Shown here: one piece after another, positions 52,639-63,448 of the stretch
Layout: every line of letters starts with the position of its first letter
How positions within the stretch are numbered: the first letter of the stretch is position 1
DNA from: Puniceicoccaceae bacterium
GTDB lineage: Bacteria > Verrucomicrobiota > Verrucomicrobiia > Opitutales > Oceanipulchritudinaceae
DNA: 64,000 nucleotides
Assembly (NCBI GenBank): GCA_040830765.1
Contig: JBFOMH010000009.1
Coordinates: forward strand, 64,001-128,000
Direction of reading: 5' to 3'
Program-made: the position numbers and the translations under genes
The notes under the pieces: model-generated
The model's input: only the letters and a program-made list of their open reading frames with translations
Told to the model about the DNA's origin: nothing
Database searches by the model: none

Positions 52639-54402
52639 ATGGATATTTCCTTCAATCCAGCCGACTTCATTGATGGAGCCCTGCGCAAGGCAGCCAGCGC
52701 GACCGGGCTCGACCGTGACTTTGAACCCGTGGTCCGCCCCGCAGATCCCCGTTTTGGAGACTACCAGGCCAATGGAATCCTGCCTTATGCCAAGAAAAAC
52801 GGCCTGAATCCACGGGAGACAGCGACACGGCTGCTCGACAAGGCAATAGCCGAAAATCTTCTCGATGACAGTATTCTCGAGTGGTCAATTGCCGGACCGG
52901 GCTTTATCAATTTCACCCTCAAGCCGGCCTTTTCGATTCAATGGCTGCGCCGCTTCGGCACCGAGGAAGCCCTGAAAACAGGAGCTGGCGGACAGATGCA
53001 GGGCCAGACCATCGTGGTCGACTTCAGCTCTCCCAATACTGCCAAGGAGATGCATGTGGGGCACATTCGTTCCACCGTGATCGGGGAAACCCTCTCCCGC
53101 TTGCTGGAATTTGCCGGGGCAAAGGTCATCCGGGACAATCATATCGGGGACTGGGGGACGCAGTTTGGGATGCTTATCTGGGCCATCAAGCAATCCGGAT
53201 TTGATCCTGAAAAAGCCAATCAGGATTCCGCCGTCGCGGAACTGGAGGCCCTCTACAAGCAAGGCCATGCTGCCTACAAGGAATCCGAGGAGAACGCTGA
53301 AGCGATCCGCAACGAACTGGTCAAGCTGCAGACTGGCGATCCCGGAAATGTCCGCATATGGGAAGCGATAACCAAGGTCAGCTGGGAAGCCTTTGAGGCC
53401 ATCTACTCACAGCTTGGCATCTCATTTGACGAAGTTCTCGGGGAAAGCTTCTACCGGGACAAGGTCGAGGCTGTTTGTAAGGAACTGGAGTCGACTTCCC
53501 TGGCTGAGGAAAGCGAGGGCGCCCTGGTGGTCTTTCACCCGGAGCACAAACGCTTTGCCAAGCAACCGTTCATTGTACGTAAGGCGGATGGCGCCAGCAA
53601 TTACGCAACTACAGACCTCGCAACTGTTCTCTACCGGGTCGACCATTTCAAGGCGGATGCCATGATGTATGTTGTCGATTCACGGCAGGCAGACCATTTC
53701 CAGCAGCTCTTCCTGACCGTGGAGAAGTGGTTCAAAGAGACAGGTCGCACGGTTCCCCGCATGGAACATGTCTCCTTTGGCAGCGTCCTCGGGGAAAACG
53801 GCAAGCCGATCAAGACCAAGGAAGGAGGCTCCGTTAAGTTAAAGGACCTCCTCAGCGAGGCCGTCAGCCGCTCGGCGGACATCGTCCGGGAGAAAAATCC
53901 CGACCTGCCGGAGGCAGAAGTGACTATAGTCGCGCGTGCCGTCGGCCTGGGAGCCATCCGCTACATCGACCTCAGCCAGAACCGAACCAGTGATTACCTG
54001 TTCTCCTGGGATCGTATGCTCAGTTTCGAGGGAAACACCGCGCCTTACCTTCTCTACGCGGTGGCACGCATACACAGCATTTTCCGCAAGGCTGGTATCG
54101 ATGAATTCGATACCTTCTCCAGGGCTTCGGAATTCTCTACCCCGGAGGAATTGGCCCTCGCCCGCAAACTCCTTGCATTTCCGAGTACAATCGAGCTCGT
54201 CCTCTCGGACCTGCGCCCGCACATCCTCTGCACCTACCTGTTCGAGCTGGCCGGTGTCTTCAGCAGCTTCTACAATGCCAACAAGGTCATTGTCGGGGAG
54301 GAGGATGTCCGGGACAGGCGTTTGCTCCTCTGCTCCCGGACCCTGACCGTGATGGAAAGCGGGCTCCACTTGCTGGGTCTGGAAACGCTTGAACGGATGT
54401 AG
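52639..54402 (+). CDS. argS: Arginine--tRNA ligase
   Basis: FGDYQAN, AGPGFINF, SPNTAKEMHVGHIRST, GDWGTQFG, GESFY, GNTAPYLLYA. Confidence 0.98.
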   Translation: MDISFNPADFIDGALRKAASATGLDRDFEPVVRPADPRFGDYQANGILPYAKKNGLNPRETATRLLDKAIAENLLDDSILEWSIAGPGFINFTLKPAFSIQWLRRFGTEEALKTGAGGQMQGQTIVVDFSSPNTAKEMHVGHIRSTVIGETLSRLLEFAGAKVIRDNHIGDWGTQFGMLIWAIKQSGFDPEKANQDSAVAELEALYKQGHAAYKESEENAEAIRNELVKLQTGDPGNVRIWEAITKVSWEAFEAIYSQLGISFDEVLGESFYRDKVEAVCKELESTSLAEESEGALVVFHPEHKRFAKQPFIVRKADGASNYATTDLATVLYRVDHFKADAMMYVVDSRQADHFQQLFLTVEKWFKETGRTVPRMEHVSFGSVLGENGKPIKTKEGGSVKLKDLLSEAVSRSADIVREKNPDLPEAEVTIVARAVGLGAIRYIDLSQNRTSDYLFSWDRMLSFEGNTAPYLLYAVARIHSIFRKAGIDEFDTFSRASEFSTPEELALARKLLAFPSTIELVLSDLRPHILCTYLFELAGVFSSFYNANKVIVGEEDVRDRRLLLCSRTLTVMESGLHLLGLETLERM

Positions 54403-54414
54403 GAAGGTAGCAAC

Positions 54415-55566
54415 CTACCGGATGTGCCAACGGTAACCATGCTTCGAAAGAAGCTCCGGTTCCCCCGAAGTGACGCGGATCACATCCTCAACCCGCACCC
54501 CGCCAAGCCCGGGATAATAAAGCCCCGGTTCCACCGTAATGACCTGCCCCTTGCGGAGCCGGCTGCCCGCCGCATTGACCCGTGGCGGTTCATGGACCGC
54601 CAGCCCGAGCCCATGGCCTAAACCGTGGATAAAGCCCACCGGCGTCCCGTTCTTGGTCGTACTGGGAAAGCCTCTTTCATCGAAACCTGCCTTGACCTTC
54701 TGGTAAATCAAGGATCCCGAGCGCCCACTGCGGTGAGCCTGGAGCGCCTTCTGCTGCTCCTCGAAGACTGCCACATAGAGATCCCGCTGCAGGTCCGATG
54801 GGGTTCCCTTGAGGTAGGTCCGGGTCATGTCCCCATGATACCCCGTGGCCGAAACCCGCGGGAAAATGTCGACAATAATAAACTCATTCGCCCGCAAAGG
54901 ACCCGTCCCGCGGCAATGCGGATCACAGGCCTGGTCGCCACCCGCGACGATGGTGTTGCTGGCAACAGCGCCCCGGTTCAGGCACTCGATGGAAATTGCC
55001 CGCTGGAGGATTTCTGAAGTCAGCCGCTTTCCCGAATGATAGAGGTAACCGCGTTTGATCTCCGCTTCCCGTAGTAATTTCTCCACTACACGGAATCCGG
55101 CGGCCGCGGCATCATTGCCTTGCCGGATAAAGCGGGCCTCCTCGTCAGTCTTGCGTTCCCTTTCAGGAAACAACAGGCCATCGGCAACGTCCAGCCGGAC
55201 CTTTAATTGTTGCAGCTGGAGTGCCGGCCCGCAGGGGAAGGTTGACGACACCCGGAATCCCTTGATCCCGTAGCGGCGGGCCAGCCAGGCAATTATGGAT
55301 CCGGGATAGAGGAATTCCCTGCGGGCGGATTTTCTGGCCTCCTGCTCGACCGCTTCAAGGGAAAGGACCTCATCATAGCGCCCTTCCTTCCGGACCCTGG
55401 CATACTCGAGCCGGCTCAGGACAGCGATCCGCCGGCCTTTGCATGAAAAGGCGATGAACGGGTCGGGAACCATGGCCCCACCAAAATAAAGGACATCGGT
55501 GTCTGTTTCCGAGTCAGCGTAAAGAAGCGCTTCGAAGGTATGTTTCTGGGGACGTTTTTTGGCCAT
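54415..55566 (-). CDS. Xaa-Pro aminopeptidase family (M24)
   Basis: DPH, IVDIFP, YHGDMTRT, HGLGHGLGL.VHE, TVEPGLY, VRVED. Confidence 0.92.
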   Translation of the reverse strand: MAKKRPQKHTFEALLYADSETDTDVLYFGGAMVPDPFIAFSCKGRRIAVLSRLEYARVRKEGRYDEVLSLEAVEQEARKSARREFLYPGSIIAWLARRYGIKGFRVSSTFPCGPALQLQQLKVRLDVADGLLFPERERKTDEEARFIRQGNDAAAAGFRVVEKLLREAEIKRGYLYHSGKRLTSEILQRAISIECLNRGAVASNTIVAGGDQACDPHCRGTGPLRANEFIIVDIFPRVSATGYHGDMTRTYLKGTPSDLQRDLYVAVFEEQQKALQAHRSGRSGSLIYQKVKAGFDERGFPSTTKNGTPVGFIHGLGHGLGLAVHEPPRVNAAGSRLRKGQVITVEPGLYYPGLGGVRVEDVIRVTSGEPELLSKHGYRWHIR

Positions 55567-55615
55567 TTAAAGTATTGGGTTGAGAAGTTTGAATGTTCCT
55601 CACTTAAATCGACCC

Positions 55616-56134
55616 ATGTCATGGCGTCTATCCAAATTTCTTCCAATCCTCCTCGTCATCCTGTGCGCCTGCTCGCCGGAGGAGGAGCAGCTCATCGCGA
55701 CGGCATCCGTTGACTCATGGTTGCCCCTGTCCGTGGGCGGTATGGATATTGAAGTCCAAGTGGCCATTACCTCCGTGGAGTTGCGCAAGGGCTTGATGTA
55801 CCGGCAATCACTGGGGTCGGACCAAGGCATGCTCTTCCCATATGCCCGGCCCCAGAAAATGACCTTCTGGATGGCCAATACACCGCTTCCCCTGGATATT
55901 GGCTTTTTCGACAGCGAAGGGGTCCTGATCGAGATTCATCGGATGTACCCATTTGATACAAACCGAACTGTCTCACGGTCGGATGCTGCCCAATTCGCAC
56001 TTGAAATGAACCAGGGCTGGTTTGGCCGAAATGGCATATTCCCCGGTGCCCGTTTAGATCTGGATAAAGTCGCCAGAGCCCTCCGGAAAAGGGGCGTCAA
56101 TCCTCGCGAATATGGCTTTCAGGAAGTGGATTGA
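55616..56134 (+). CDS. DUF192-domain lipoprotein
   Basis: GLMYR, GMLF, FWMANTPLPLDIGF, ALEMNQG; lipobox-like LCAC. Confidence 0.88.
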   Translation: MSWRLSKFLPILLVILCACSPEEEQLIATASVDSWLPLSVGGMDIEVQVAITSVELRKGLMYRQSLGSDQGMLFPYARPQKMTFWMANTPLPLDIGFFDSEGVLIEIHRMYPFDTNRTVSRSDAAQFALEMNQGWFGRNGIFPGARLDLDKVARALRKRGVNPREYGFQEVD

Positions 56135-56139
56135 CCCAT

Positions 56140-57426
56140 TCAGACAGGCGCACCGCTGACCTGCAAGGCAGCCTCGCAAAAACGGCGTGTCGCCTCGGGC
56201 AACAACTCCTTTTCAAGCGCACCAAAGCTGAGCCGGACGCAATTGTGGGGCTTGCCCTCTGCAAAACAAAGATCACCCGGCACATAGAGGATTTCCTGCT
56301 CCAGGCAGGCCTTGTGAAAAGCCGAGCCAATGCGGGTATCGACACCTGAAGGCCCCCGGGCCCAGAGCAGCAAGCCGCCCAATGGCTGCTCCCAGCGCCA
56401 ACCGGCCTCAGGAAGTCCATGCTCCACCAGAGCAGCTTCCATGATGTCCCGCTTTTCCTTGTAATGTCCCCGGATGGACAAGAGATGCTCCTCATACTCC
56501 CCAGCCTCAATGACGGACTCAATGATAGCTTGATTGAAATGAGCTGAGCCGAAGTCCTGGTGACCCTTGATTTTGGCCATGGTAGTGAGGCAGTCCTTGT
56601 CGCGGCTAACCATGAATCCAATCTTCAGACCCGTGGCGAACGGCTTGGTGAAGGTCCCGGAGTAGACAACCGGATAGTCCTCCCACTCATCCAGCGATAG
56701 CAGGCTGCGGGCCGGATAGGGTTCATCAAAATACAGTTCCCGGTAGGCCATGTCCTCGACCAGCGGAATCCAGTAGTCGAGCGAATTGAGGATGCCGGCG
56801 AGCATCTTCTTCTCATCCTCGGAAATGCTCCGGGCGGATGGATTGGCAAAGGCCCCCATCAGGTAGACCAGCTTGACTGACTCCAGCTCTCCACGGTCGC
56901 GCAGATCGTCAAGAAGCTTGCTCAATCCCTCCGGATCCAGCCTGCCCGTTTCATCACTGGGAATGGAGATAGCCCGCACACCAAGTCCGTCCAGCAGCTC
57001 GAGGAAAACAAAATAACTTGGGCTCTCGACCAAGACAATATCCCCTGGATTACAGAGCATCTGGACCAGAATATAAAGCCCCTGCTGGGATCCGGTCGTG
57101 ATGAGGATGTTCTCCTCCTCGAGGTCATTGACTTTTTCCCCGGGGTAACTTTGCAGCAATTGGGCCACATGCCTCCGCAAGGCGGGCCGCCCCCGGTTCA
57201 TGCCATATTGAAGATGGGTCCGCCCCTCGCTCAGCGAAAGCCGCTCAATGGCCTGCTTTATCTGACCCTCCGGCAGAACCCGGTTGTCCGTGAATCCGGC
57301 GGCCAGCGATAGCATTTCCGGATGAGCCAACTTGTCGGCCATGAGCCGCGTAATGACGGATTCCACGCTCCGGGCGCACTTCCCGAGCTTGGAGTAGCTG
57401 ATTTCCTTTTCCTTCATTGAAGGCAT
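56140..57426 (-). CDS. PLP-dependent aminotransferase class I/II (LysN/ARO8-like)
   Basis: LSLAAG, LQYG, ITTGSQQGL, FANP, EDMAY, GTFTK...GLKIG, VRLSF; start at 57426 or 57417. Confidence 0.9.
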   Translation of the reverse strand: MPSMKEKEISYSKLGKCARSVESVITRLMADKLAHPEMLSLAAGFTDNRVLPEGQIKQAIERLSLSEGRTHLQYGMNRGRPALRRHVAQLLQSYPGEKVNDLEEENILITTGSQQGLYILVQMLCNPGDIVLVESPSYFVFLELLDGLGVRAISIPSDETGRLDPEGLSKLLDDLRDRGELESVKLVYLMGAFANPSARSISEDEKKMLAGILNSLDYWIPLVEDMAYRELYFDEPYPARSLLSLDEWEDYPVVYSGTFTKPFATGLKIGFMVSRDKDCLTTMAKIKGHQDFGSAHFNQAIIESVIEAGEYEEHLLSIRGHYKEKRDIMEAALVEHGLPEAGWRWEQPLGGLLLWARGPSGVDTRIGSAFHKACLEQEILYVPGDLCFAEGKPHNCVRLSFGALEKELLPEATRRFCEAALQVSGAPV

Positions 57427-57442
57427 GATGATTACGGTTCTA

Positions 57443-57898
57443 TCAGTGAATCCGACCTTCGTCAAAGTCGATAATGTCGGCGAAGGAAAGGAGATCATCC
57501 CGGTCCCCGGCTTCCATCGTATTCTTTGCCTGTTGCAGAGCCTCGCGGCCCATCTCGCTCATCCCTTTCTGGACAAGCTCCCGGTTCCATTTCTCAACCC
57601 GGAGGTTTTCCGGAAAAAGCGCGGCCAGTTTTTCTTCCAGCAACGCCTCATCCTCTCCCGAGGACTCGACGGCTTCAATGACTGCCGATGGATCCAATCC
57701 CAGATGGAGGCAGAGGAAGCGGTCGAATCCGCGGCAGAAATTCCGCTGATAGGAAGCGGGCAGTTCCCCTTGCAAATGTTTGCGGATCTTGGCGATAAAG
57801 CGGGGTAGATGCAGCAGGCCCGTCGCCTTGTGCGGGATGTAAGGTGACGGGAGGTCACGACAGATAGCTCCCGTGGGACCAAGGTTTTCCTCATTCAT
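57443..57898 (-). CDS. DUF5069-like protein
   Basis: LPSPY, GLLHLPRFIAKIR, GFDRFLCLHLG, IIDFDEGR. Confidence 0.7.
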   Translation of the reverse strand: MNEENLGPTGAICRDLPSPYIPHKATGLLHLPRFIAKIRKHLQGELPASYQRNFCRGFDRFLCLHLGLDPSAVIEAVESSGEDEALLEEKLAALFPENLRVEKWNRELVQKGMSEMGREALQQAKNTMEAGDRDDLLSFADIIDFDEGRIH

Positions 57899-58025
57899 AC
57901 GATTCTCCAAGGTGAAGGTTTCGTCTGCCTTGTAAAGCGCGGAAGCACATCGGGAAATTCCAAAACCATTTTGACAAAAACTGCCGGCTGGAGAACCCTG
58001 CTTCTGGCAATTCCTTTTCGATTCG

Positions 58026-59774
58026 ATGAAAATTATCTGGCGCGTCTCACAATACCTCTTTCGTTATCCGCTCTTATTTGGTCTGGTCCAAATGCTTGCT
58101 GTAGGGATGACGCTGCTGACCATCGCCATTCCCAAGTTCATCGAGTCCATTTTGACCAACATCCAGACTTCATCGGAAATAGCCCCCCTACTCTACGGCA
58201 TCCTGGGAATCATTGCGCTCTACCTTGGCAGCGAAATTTTCAACGGGTTGCGCATTGTCTGCAACAACACCCTTGAACAAAAGGTGCTCTTCGACATGCG
58301 CCAGGACCTGCACCGCAAACTCTTGATTCTCCCGGTCTCCTTCTATGATCAGAGGAAGTCGGGCGAAATTTCCTCCCGGGTAATTGAGGATGTGATGGCT
58401 GTGGAGCGGGCGCTGCTGGACGGGACGGAACTGGGTGGTCGTGCCCTGGTCATGATCGTCGGGGTAACGATCATGCTCTTCCTGACTAATCCCGTCCTGG
58501 CCTGGTTTGTCTTTCTGCCAGTGCCTATCCTGATCATTCTTGGAATCTACTATGCGAAGGGATCCAGGAAGGTCTGGAAGGGTGTCCGCGAAGCCGCCGG
58601 CGACCTCAATAGCCTGCTCGTTGAAGATATTCAAGGCAACCGGCTGATTCAGACATTTGCCCTGCAGAAGAGGGAGAGCCGCCGCTTTGACACCAAAGCC
58701 GCCCTACTACGGAAGCGGACATTGCGCGCGATGTTTCGCTGGGCCGCCTACAGTCCGGGAACCACTTTCCTGACTAACCTCGGTATTGTCGCCGTCATCG
58801 GTATCGGGGGATGGATGATCCTCGATGGAGAAAGCTCCTTCGGCTTTCCCCAGCTAATCGCTTTTCTCATGTACGCCAACATGCTGTACATGCCGATGGG
58901 ACAGCTTCACGGCATCAATCACCTGCTGGCGGCTGGGAAGGCTTCCGGCGAGCGGGTTTTCGAAATTCTCGATGCCGAGGTCGAGGTGGAAAACCCGGCC
59001 CAGCCCAAGCCCTTCCCCGAAGGCCCCCTCCATGTCCGGTTCAACGCAGTTTCATTCCAGTACCCGGGACGACCCGAAGTACTGACGAATTTTGAACTCG
59101 AACTGCCTCCCGGCAAGGTCACGGCACTGGTTGGCCATACCGGTGCCGGGAAGAGCACCGTTGCCAATCTCGCCATGCGAACCTATGATGTCACGGGCGG
59201 CTCCATTACCGTTAATGGCATCCCCATCGAGGAACTCGACCTGGAGGAAATCCATTCCAACATCGGTCATGTCGCCCAGGACCCATTCCTCTTTGAGGGC
59301 ACGGTCAGGGAGAATCTGCTTCTGGCCCGTCCCGAAGCCAACGAGCAGGACCTCATTGACTCGTTGGATGGTGCCTGCGCATGGGATTTTGTGCAAAAGC
59401 TCCCCGAGGGACTGGATACCAATATCGGCGAAAAAGGCATCCGTCTATCCCAGGGGGAAAAGCAACGCATGACCATCGCCCGGGTCCTTCTGAAGAATCC
59501 ACCCTTTGTCATTCTGGACGAAGCCACCGCCAGCGTGGACACCATTACCGAGCGACTGATCCAGCAGGCCCTGGAAAATCTTACCGCTCACCGGACAGTG
59601 CTGGTTATTGCCCACCGGCTCTCGACCGTCCGCAAAGCCGACCAGATTGTCTGCATGAAGGAGGGAGCGATCATTGAAATCGGCTCCCATGAGGACCTCA
59701 TCCTGCAGGACGGGCACTACGCCAAACTCTGGAGCTACCAGAACGATCTCATCCCGGAATCTGTCAATCTCTAG
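58026..59774 (+). CDS. ABC exporter, fused TMD-NBD (MsbA/Sav1866-like)
   Basis: Six TM segments; GHTGAGKST, AQDPFLF, LSQGEKQR, ILDEAT, IAHRLST. Confidence 0.94.
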   Translation: MKIIWRVSQYLFRYPLLFGLVQMLAVGMTLLTIAIPKFIESILTNIQTSSEIAPLLYGILGIIALYLGSEIFNGLRIVCNNTLEQKVLFDMRQDLHRKLLILPVSFYDQRKSGEISSRVIEDVMAVERALLDGTELGGRALVMIVGVTIMLFLTNPVLAWFVFLPVPILIILGIYYAKGSRKVWKGVREAAGDLNSLLVEDIQGNRLIQTFALQKRESRRFDTKAALLRKRTLRAMFRWAAYSPGTTFLTNLGIVAVIGIGGWMILDGESSFGFPQLIAFLMYANMLYMPMGQLHGINHLLAAGKASGERVFEILDAEVEVENPAQPKPFPEGPLHVRFNAVSFQYPGRPEVLTNFELELPPGKVTALVGHTGAGKSTVANLAMRTYDVTGGSITVNGIPIEELDLEEIHSNIGHVAQDPFLFEGTVRENLLLARPEANEQDLIDSLDGACAWDFVQKLPEGLDTNIGEKGIRLSQGEKQRMTIARVLLKNPPFVILDEATASVDTITERLIQQALENLTAHRTVLVIAHRLSTVRKADQIVCMKEGAIIEIGSHEDLILQDGHYAKLWSYQNDLIPESVNL

Positions 59775-61632
59775 GCTGTCTGGATTTCTTCCGGAACGGA
59801 TTGGGGGCCGGTTGCTTCTGGGAACGGGACTTATGGAAGGCCAGGAAATGACGGGCACCCTCAGTTCCCATGTATTTCTCGAGAATTCTCACCGGTGTCC
59901 TCCGTAAATCAACCAGCATCAGCCCATCGAGGGCGTCATTGAAAGCCGGATCCACATTGAAGCTGAGCAAGGTTGCGTTGAGTTTCAAATACTGGCGCAA
60001 AAGGACCGGCACCCCCTTCTCCTCCCGCTCAATTTCCGATATGAGGGCGGAGACATCATCGATGTCCCGAACGGAACGGCGAAAGGATGACTTGTCGAGA
60101 GAACCAAACGACCGGGACCTCGCCGGTTTCCGCGGCTTCACCTTGGAAGCGAAGACAGGATCCAGGTTGTGCTCCTTGAGATACGCCACCATCAGGTTCT
60201 TGGAAAGGCTCTGGTACTCCTTGCTGATGCTGACAGGTCCGAAGAGCGTGCAGTGTTCCGGATGGCGGACGATGAATTGTCCGATCCCCTTCCAAAGAAG
60301 CCCCAGGGAGAGCGGCTTGCGCTGGTATTTTTCAACGACAAATGAGCGGCCCAGCTCGATCGCCGGATTGATCGAGGAAAGCACTGCCGTCTTGATACGG
60401 AACAGGGTCGTTGTGTAGAGGCCGTGCTTGCCATGTTTGGCGAGAATTTCATCCGTCAGTCCGAGGCGGTAGGCACCGACTATCTCCCGTTCCTCGCGAT
60501 TCCAGATGAAAAGGTGCCAGTAGTCGGAATCAAATTTGTCAATATCGGTTGACTGCCCGGTCCCCTCCCCGACTGCCCGAAAGGTTATTTCCCGCAAGCG
60601 GCCCAGCTCCAGCAGGATATGCGGAATCTGGTCGGCCTTGGCCGCATAGACCACAAAGGCAGCGTGTTCGGCCAATACGGACTCCCGAGGCAAGTCAGCC
60701 AATTCCTCCTCCAGCTTTTCGACTGGCTGGGCGGGTGTGATTGGTTTTCCAGAATGGGCCCGCCGGAGATCCGGGGCAAAGACTGTTTTGTCCGCTACCT
60801 GGCGGTTTTGCAGGATGTAGGTTCGCAAACGGAGAAAGTCCATGACCTCCCGATGGGAACGGAAGCGCTCAAGCCGTCTGGCTGAAATGGGATTGCCGAC
60901 ACGAACCTCGATGACCCGGTTCTTGGCCCGCAGCATTTCGCGTGGGAGAAGGGCTGTCCGGAGCCTTGGATGAAGAAGCCCGGCGACTTGGAAAAAGATG
61001 GAGTTGTGCCCCTTGAAGTAGACCGGCACCACGGCAGCGCCGCTTTTAAGGAGCAGGGGTGCGAGGTTTTCGGCCCATACAGGATCGCTAACCCGGCGAG
61101 AGCCCCACTTCAAGTGAGAGACCGTTCCGGACGGGAATGTGGCCAGGGCGTGACCATCCTTCAACCAGCGCAAGCTGTCCTTCATCCCCTTGAAATTTGC
61201 CTTGGCCGCACCAGGGCCTCCGAAAGGATCGACATAGAAGCAGCGACCGCCCATGTCATCGACCCGGGAAAGGAGATAGTTGGCGAGGAACATCCCATCA
61301 TCCCGCACGCGGTCCAGCATGGACCCAAAGACCAGACCGTCGACGCCCCCATAGGGGTGGTTGGCGACAAGGAAAACAGGACCAGTCTTTGGAATTCGCT
61401 GCAGATCCGCTTCACTGACCTTGTACCGGACACCAAGAACCCCAAGCCCCTGATCAAAGAAGCCGGCCTCGCTGCTTTGGCGGACGTCAAGAAATTGCCG
61501 ATAGTGCTCGTTCAGGCTGGAGATACGGAGCAACGGCTCCATTATCTTCCCGGCAATCCGGAAGAATGGCCGCTGCCATGGACGGCGGGCCAATTCTTGG
61601 AAATCGGCAACTCGGGGTTCAGTATCAGGCAT
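59764..61632 (-). CDS. PlsC-type acyltransferase + GNAT N-acyltransferase fusion (OlsF-like)
   Basis: N-domain ANHPYGGVDG and FPSG; C-domain GRLREITFR.VGEG, DKFD..Y.HL, VGAYRLG, ELGRSF, LFGPVSIS, PVLLRQY, FNVDPAF. Confidence 0.88.
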   Translation of the reverse strand: MPDTEPRVADFQELARRPWQRPFFRIAGKIMEPLLRISSLNEHYRQFLDVRQSSEAGFFDQGLGVLGVRYKVSEADLQRIPKTGPVFLVANHPYGGVDGLVFGSMLDRVRDDGMFLANYLLSRVDDMGGRCFYVDPFGGPGAAKANFKGMKDSLRWLKDGHALATFPSGTVSHLKWGSRRVSDPVWAENLAPLLLKSGAAVVPVYFKGHNSIFFQVAGLLHPRLRTALLPREMLRAKNRVIEVRVGNPISARRLERFRSHREVMDFLRLRTYILQNRQVADKTVFAPDLRRAHSGKPITPAQPVEKLEEELADLPRESVLAEHAAFVVYAAKADQIPHILLELGRLREITFRAVGEGTGQSTDIDKFDSDYWHLFIWNREEREIVGAYRLGLTDEILAKHGKHGLYTTTLFRIKTAVLSSINPAIELGRSFVVEKYQRKPLSLGLLWKGIGQFIVRHPEHCTLFGPVSISKEYQSLSKNLMVAYLKEHNLDPVFASKVKPRKPARSRSFGSLDKSSFRRSVRDIDDVSALISEIEREEKGVPVLLRQYLKLNATLLSFNVDPAFNDALDGLMLVDLRRTPVRILEKYMGTEGARHFLAFHKSRSQKQPAPNPFRKKSRQPRD

Positions 61633-61714
61633 GGCAGGAATTGGGAGTAGCCCACTATCGGATGCTGCCTCAGCTTATCTCCAGCCAAATCTTACGCAAG
61701 CCCCATCCTCCGGG

Positions 61715-61738
61715 GTTAAGTATGTGTAACAAGGTGAC
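61715..61738 (-). promoter_or_regulatory. PhoB/OmpR-like half-site array upstream of the OlsF-like gene
   Basis: Minus strand GTCAC-N3-GTTAC-N6-TTAAC, same spacing as the TBDR element. Confidence 0.45.
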
Positions 61739-61767
61739 AGGTTCCTTGCGATTGCCTGACGGGGAAG

Positions 61768-63354
61768 TTACTCGTCCGAAATCATCAACTTGTAGCGGAA
61801 TGAATCCCTAAGCGCCTGCCAACTGGCCTCGATGACGTTGGGGTTGGCCCCACAGGTCCACCAGGTATTTTCCCCGTCTCCGGAAAGCATCAGGACCTGG
61901 ACCACGGAATCGGTCCCCAGCCCGGTTTGCAGGATCCGCACCTTGTAGTCAATCAGCTGGACGCTGCGCAGCTCGGGAAAGTGCGCCCCGAAGGCCAACC
62001 GCATGGCATGGTCAAGGGCACCAACCGGACCGGTCGATTCGGCCACGCTGATCTTGATGTCTTCCTCGTCGACAACACGGATTTTAACCACGGCCTCACT
62101 GATGTTCTCATGCTTGTCGCGGACGACTTCTGATATGGTCCGGTAGCTGACAAGGTTGAAATTGTCTTCCATCCCGTGGAAGTGCTGGGCCAGCAAGACC
62201 TTGAAGCTGGCATCAGCGTTTTCGTACTCGTAACCCTTAGCCTCACGTTCCTTCAGCTTCTTGATGAACGAGCGCATCTCCTTGGACTTCGGCTCAACTT
62301 CTATACCCAGCTCCGCGGCCTTCATGGCCACGCTGCTGCCGCCAGCCATGTCGGAAAGCAGAATGCGCTGGCGGTTACCGACGCACTCGGGCTGGACATG
62401 TTCGTAGCTGCGGGAGACCTTTTGCGCGGCATTGGCATGCACGCCCCCTTTGTGGGCGAAGGCACTCCGTCCAACATAGGGTGCCTTCGGGTTGGGCACA
62501 TGGTTGGCCATGTTATCGATCCCATGAGCCAGTTCACACAGTTTATTGAGATGCTTATCCGAGTTGAAGGAATAGCCCAGCTTCAGGGAAAGGTTGGCCA
62601 TGACTGTTGTCAGGTCGGCGTTGCCGACCCGTTCGCCATAACCGTTCTGGGTACCCTGAACCATCCGTGCACCTGCTTCCACCGCAACCTGGGAAAGGGC
62701 GACTCCGAGCCCGCAATCATTATGGGCATGAATCCCCACTTTGACTGATCCCATCTCCCGGACAACTTCCTCCACCACACCGGAGAGCCATTTGACCTGG
62801 GAACCTCCGTTTGTATCACACAGGACCACCCAGTCCGCCCCACCAGCAGCGGCTGCCTTGAGCGTTTGCATTGCATAAGCCGGGTCATCCCTGTAGCCGT
62901 CAAAAAAATGCTCTGCGTCGTAGATGACCTCGCGCCCGGCCTCCTTCAGAAAGCGGACGGATTCCTCGATCATGGCCAGGTTCTCCTCTGCCGTCGTCCG
63001 CAGGACCTCCGTCACATGCAGTAACCAGGTCTTGCCGAAGATGGTCACCACCGGCGTTTCGGCCTCCAGCAAAGTGGCCAGCTGGGGATCTTCCTCCGCC
63101 TTGAGGCTGGCCCGGCGGGTTGAGCCGAATGCGGTTACCCGGGCATGCTTAAAGGTTTTCTTCTTGGCCAGTTCAAAGAAGACCATATCCCGCGGATTGG
63201 AACCCGGCCAGCCGCCTTCAATGTAGTCAATCCCGAATGCATCCAGTTTCTCGGCGACGAGGATCTTGTCCTCGGCAGAGAAGGAAATGCCCTCCCCCTG
63301 GGTGCCATCACGCAGGGTGGTATCGTAGATCATTACATTTTCAGCCTCTTTCAT
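61768..63354 (-). CDS. cimA: Citramalate synthase (LeuA/CimA family)
   Basis: [59 protein letters not shown]; regulatory domain GPVGALD. Confidence 0.9.
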   Translation of the reverse strand: MKEAENVMIYDTTLRDGTQGEGISFSAEDKILVAEKLDAFGIDYIEGGWPGSNPRDMVFFELAKKKTFKHARVTAFGSTRRASLKAEEDPQLATLLEAETPVVTIFGKTWLLHVTEVLRTTAEENLAMIEESVRFLKEAGREVIYDAEHFFDGYRDDPAYAMQTLKAAAAGGADWVVLCDTNGGSQVKWLSGVVEEVVREMGSVKVGIHAHNDCGLGVALSQVAVEAGARMVQGTQNGYGERVGNADLTTVMANLSLKLGYSFNSDKHLNKLCELAHGIDNMANHVPNPKAPYVGRSAFAHKGGVHANAAQKVSRSYEHVQPECVGNRQRILLSDMAGGSSVAMKAAELGIEVEPKSKEMRSFIKKLKEREAKGYEYENADASFKVLLAQHFHGMEDNFNLVSYRTISEVVRDKHENISEAVVKIRVVDEEDIKISVAESTGPVGALDHAMRLAFGAHFPELRSVQLIDYKVRILQTGLGTDSVVQVLMLSGDGENTWWTCGANPNVIEASWQALRDSFRYKLMISDE

Positions 63355-63448
63355 CACATCCGGTGTTTGCCCTTTGCGCCTTTTGGTCAATGGCAAAATG
63401 CCTTTGCCCTTGCCTTTGGGACCTGCTAGTGAAGGCCGGTTTAGAGCA

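Noticed and set aside
59440..59470. ABC signature LSQGE instead of LSGGQ
   Set aside because: A common variant; Walker A/B and the H-loop are intact
63366..63418. TGCCTT-like short repeats between cimA and astB
   Set aside because: Only about three imperfect units; compatible with chance
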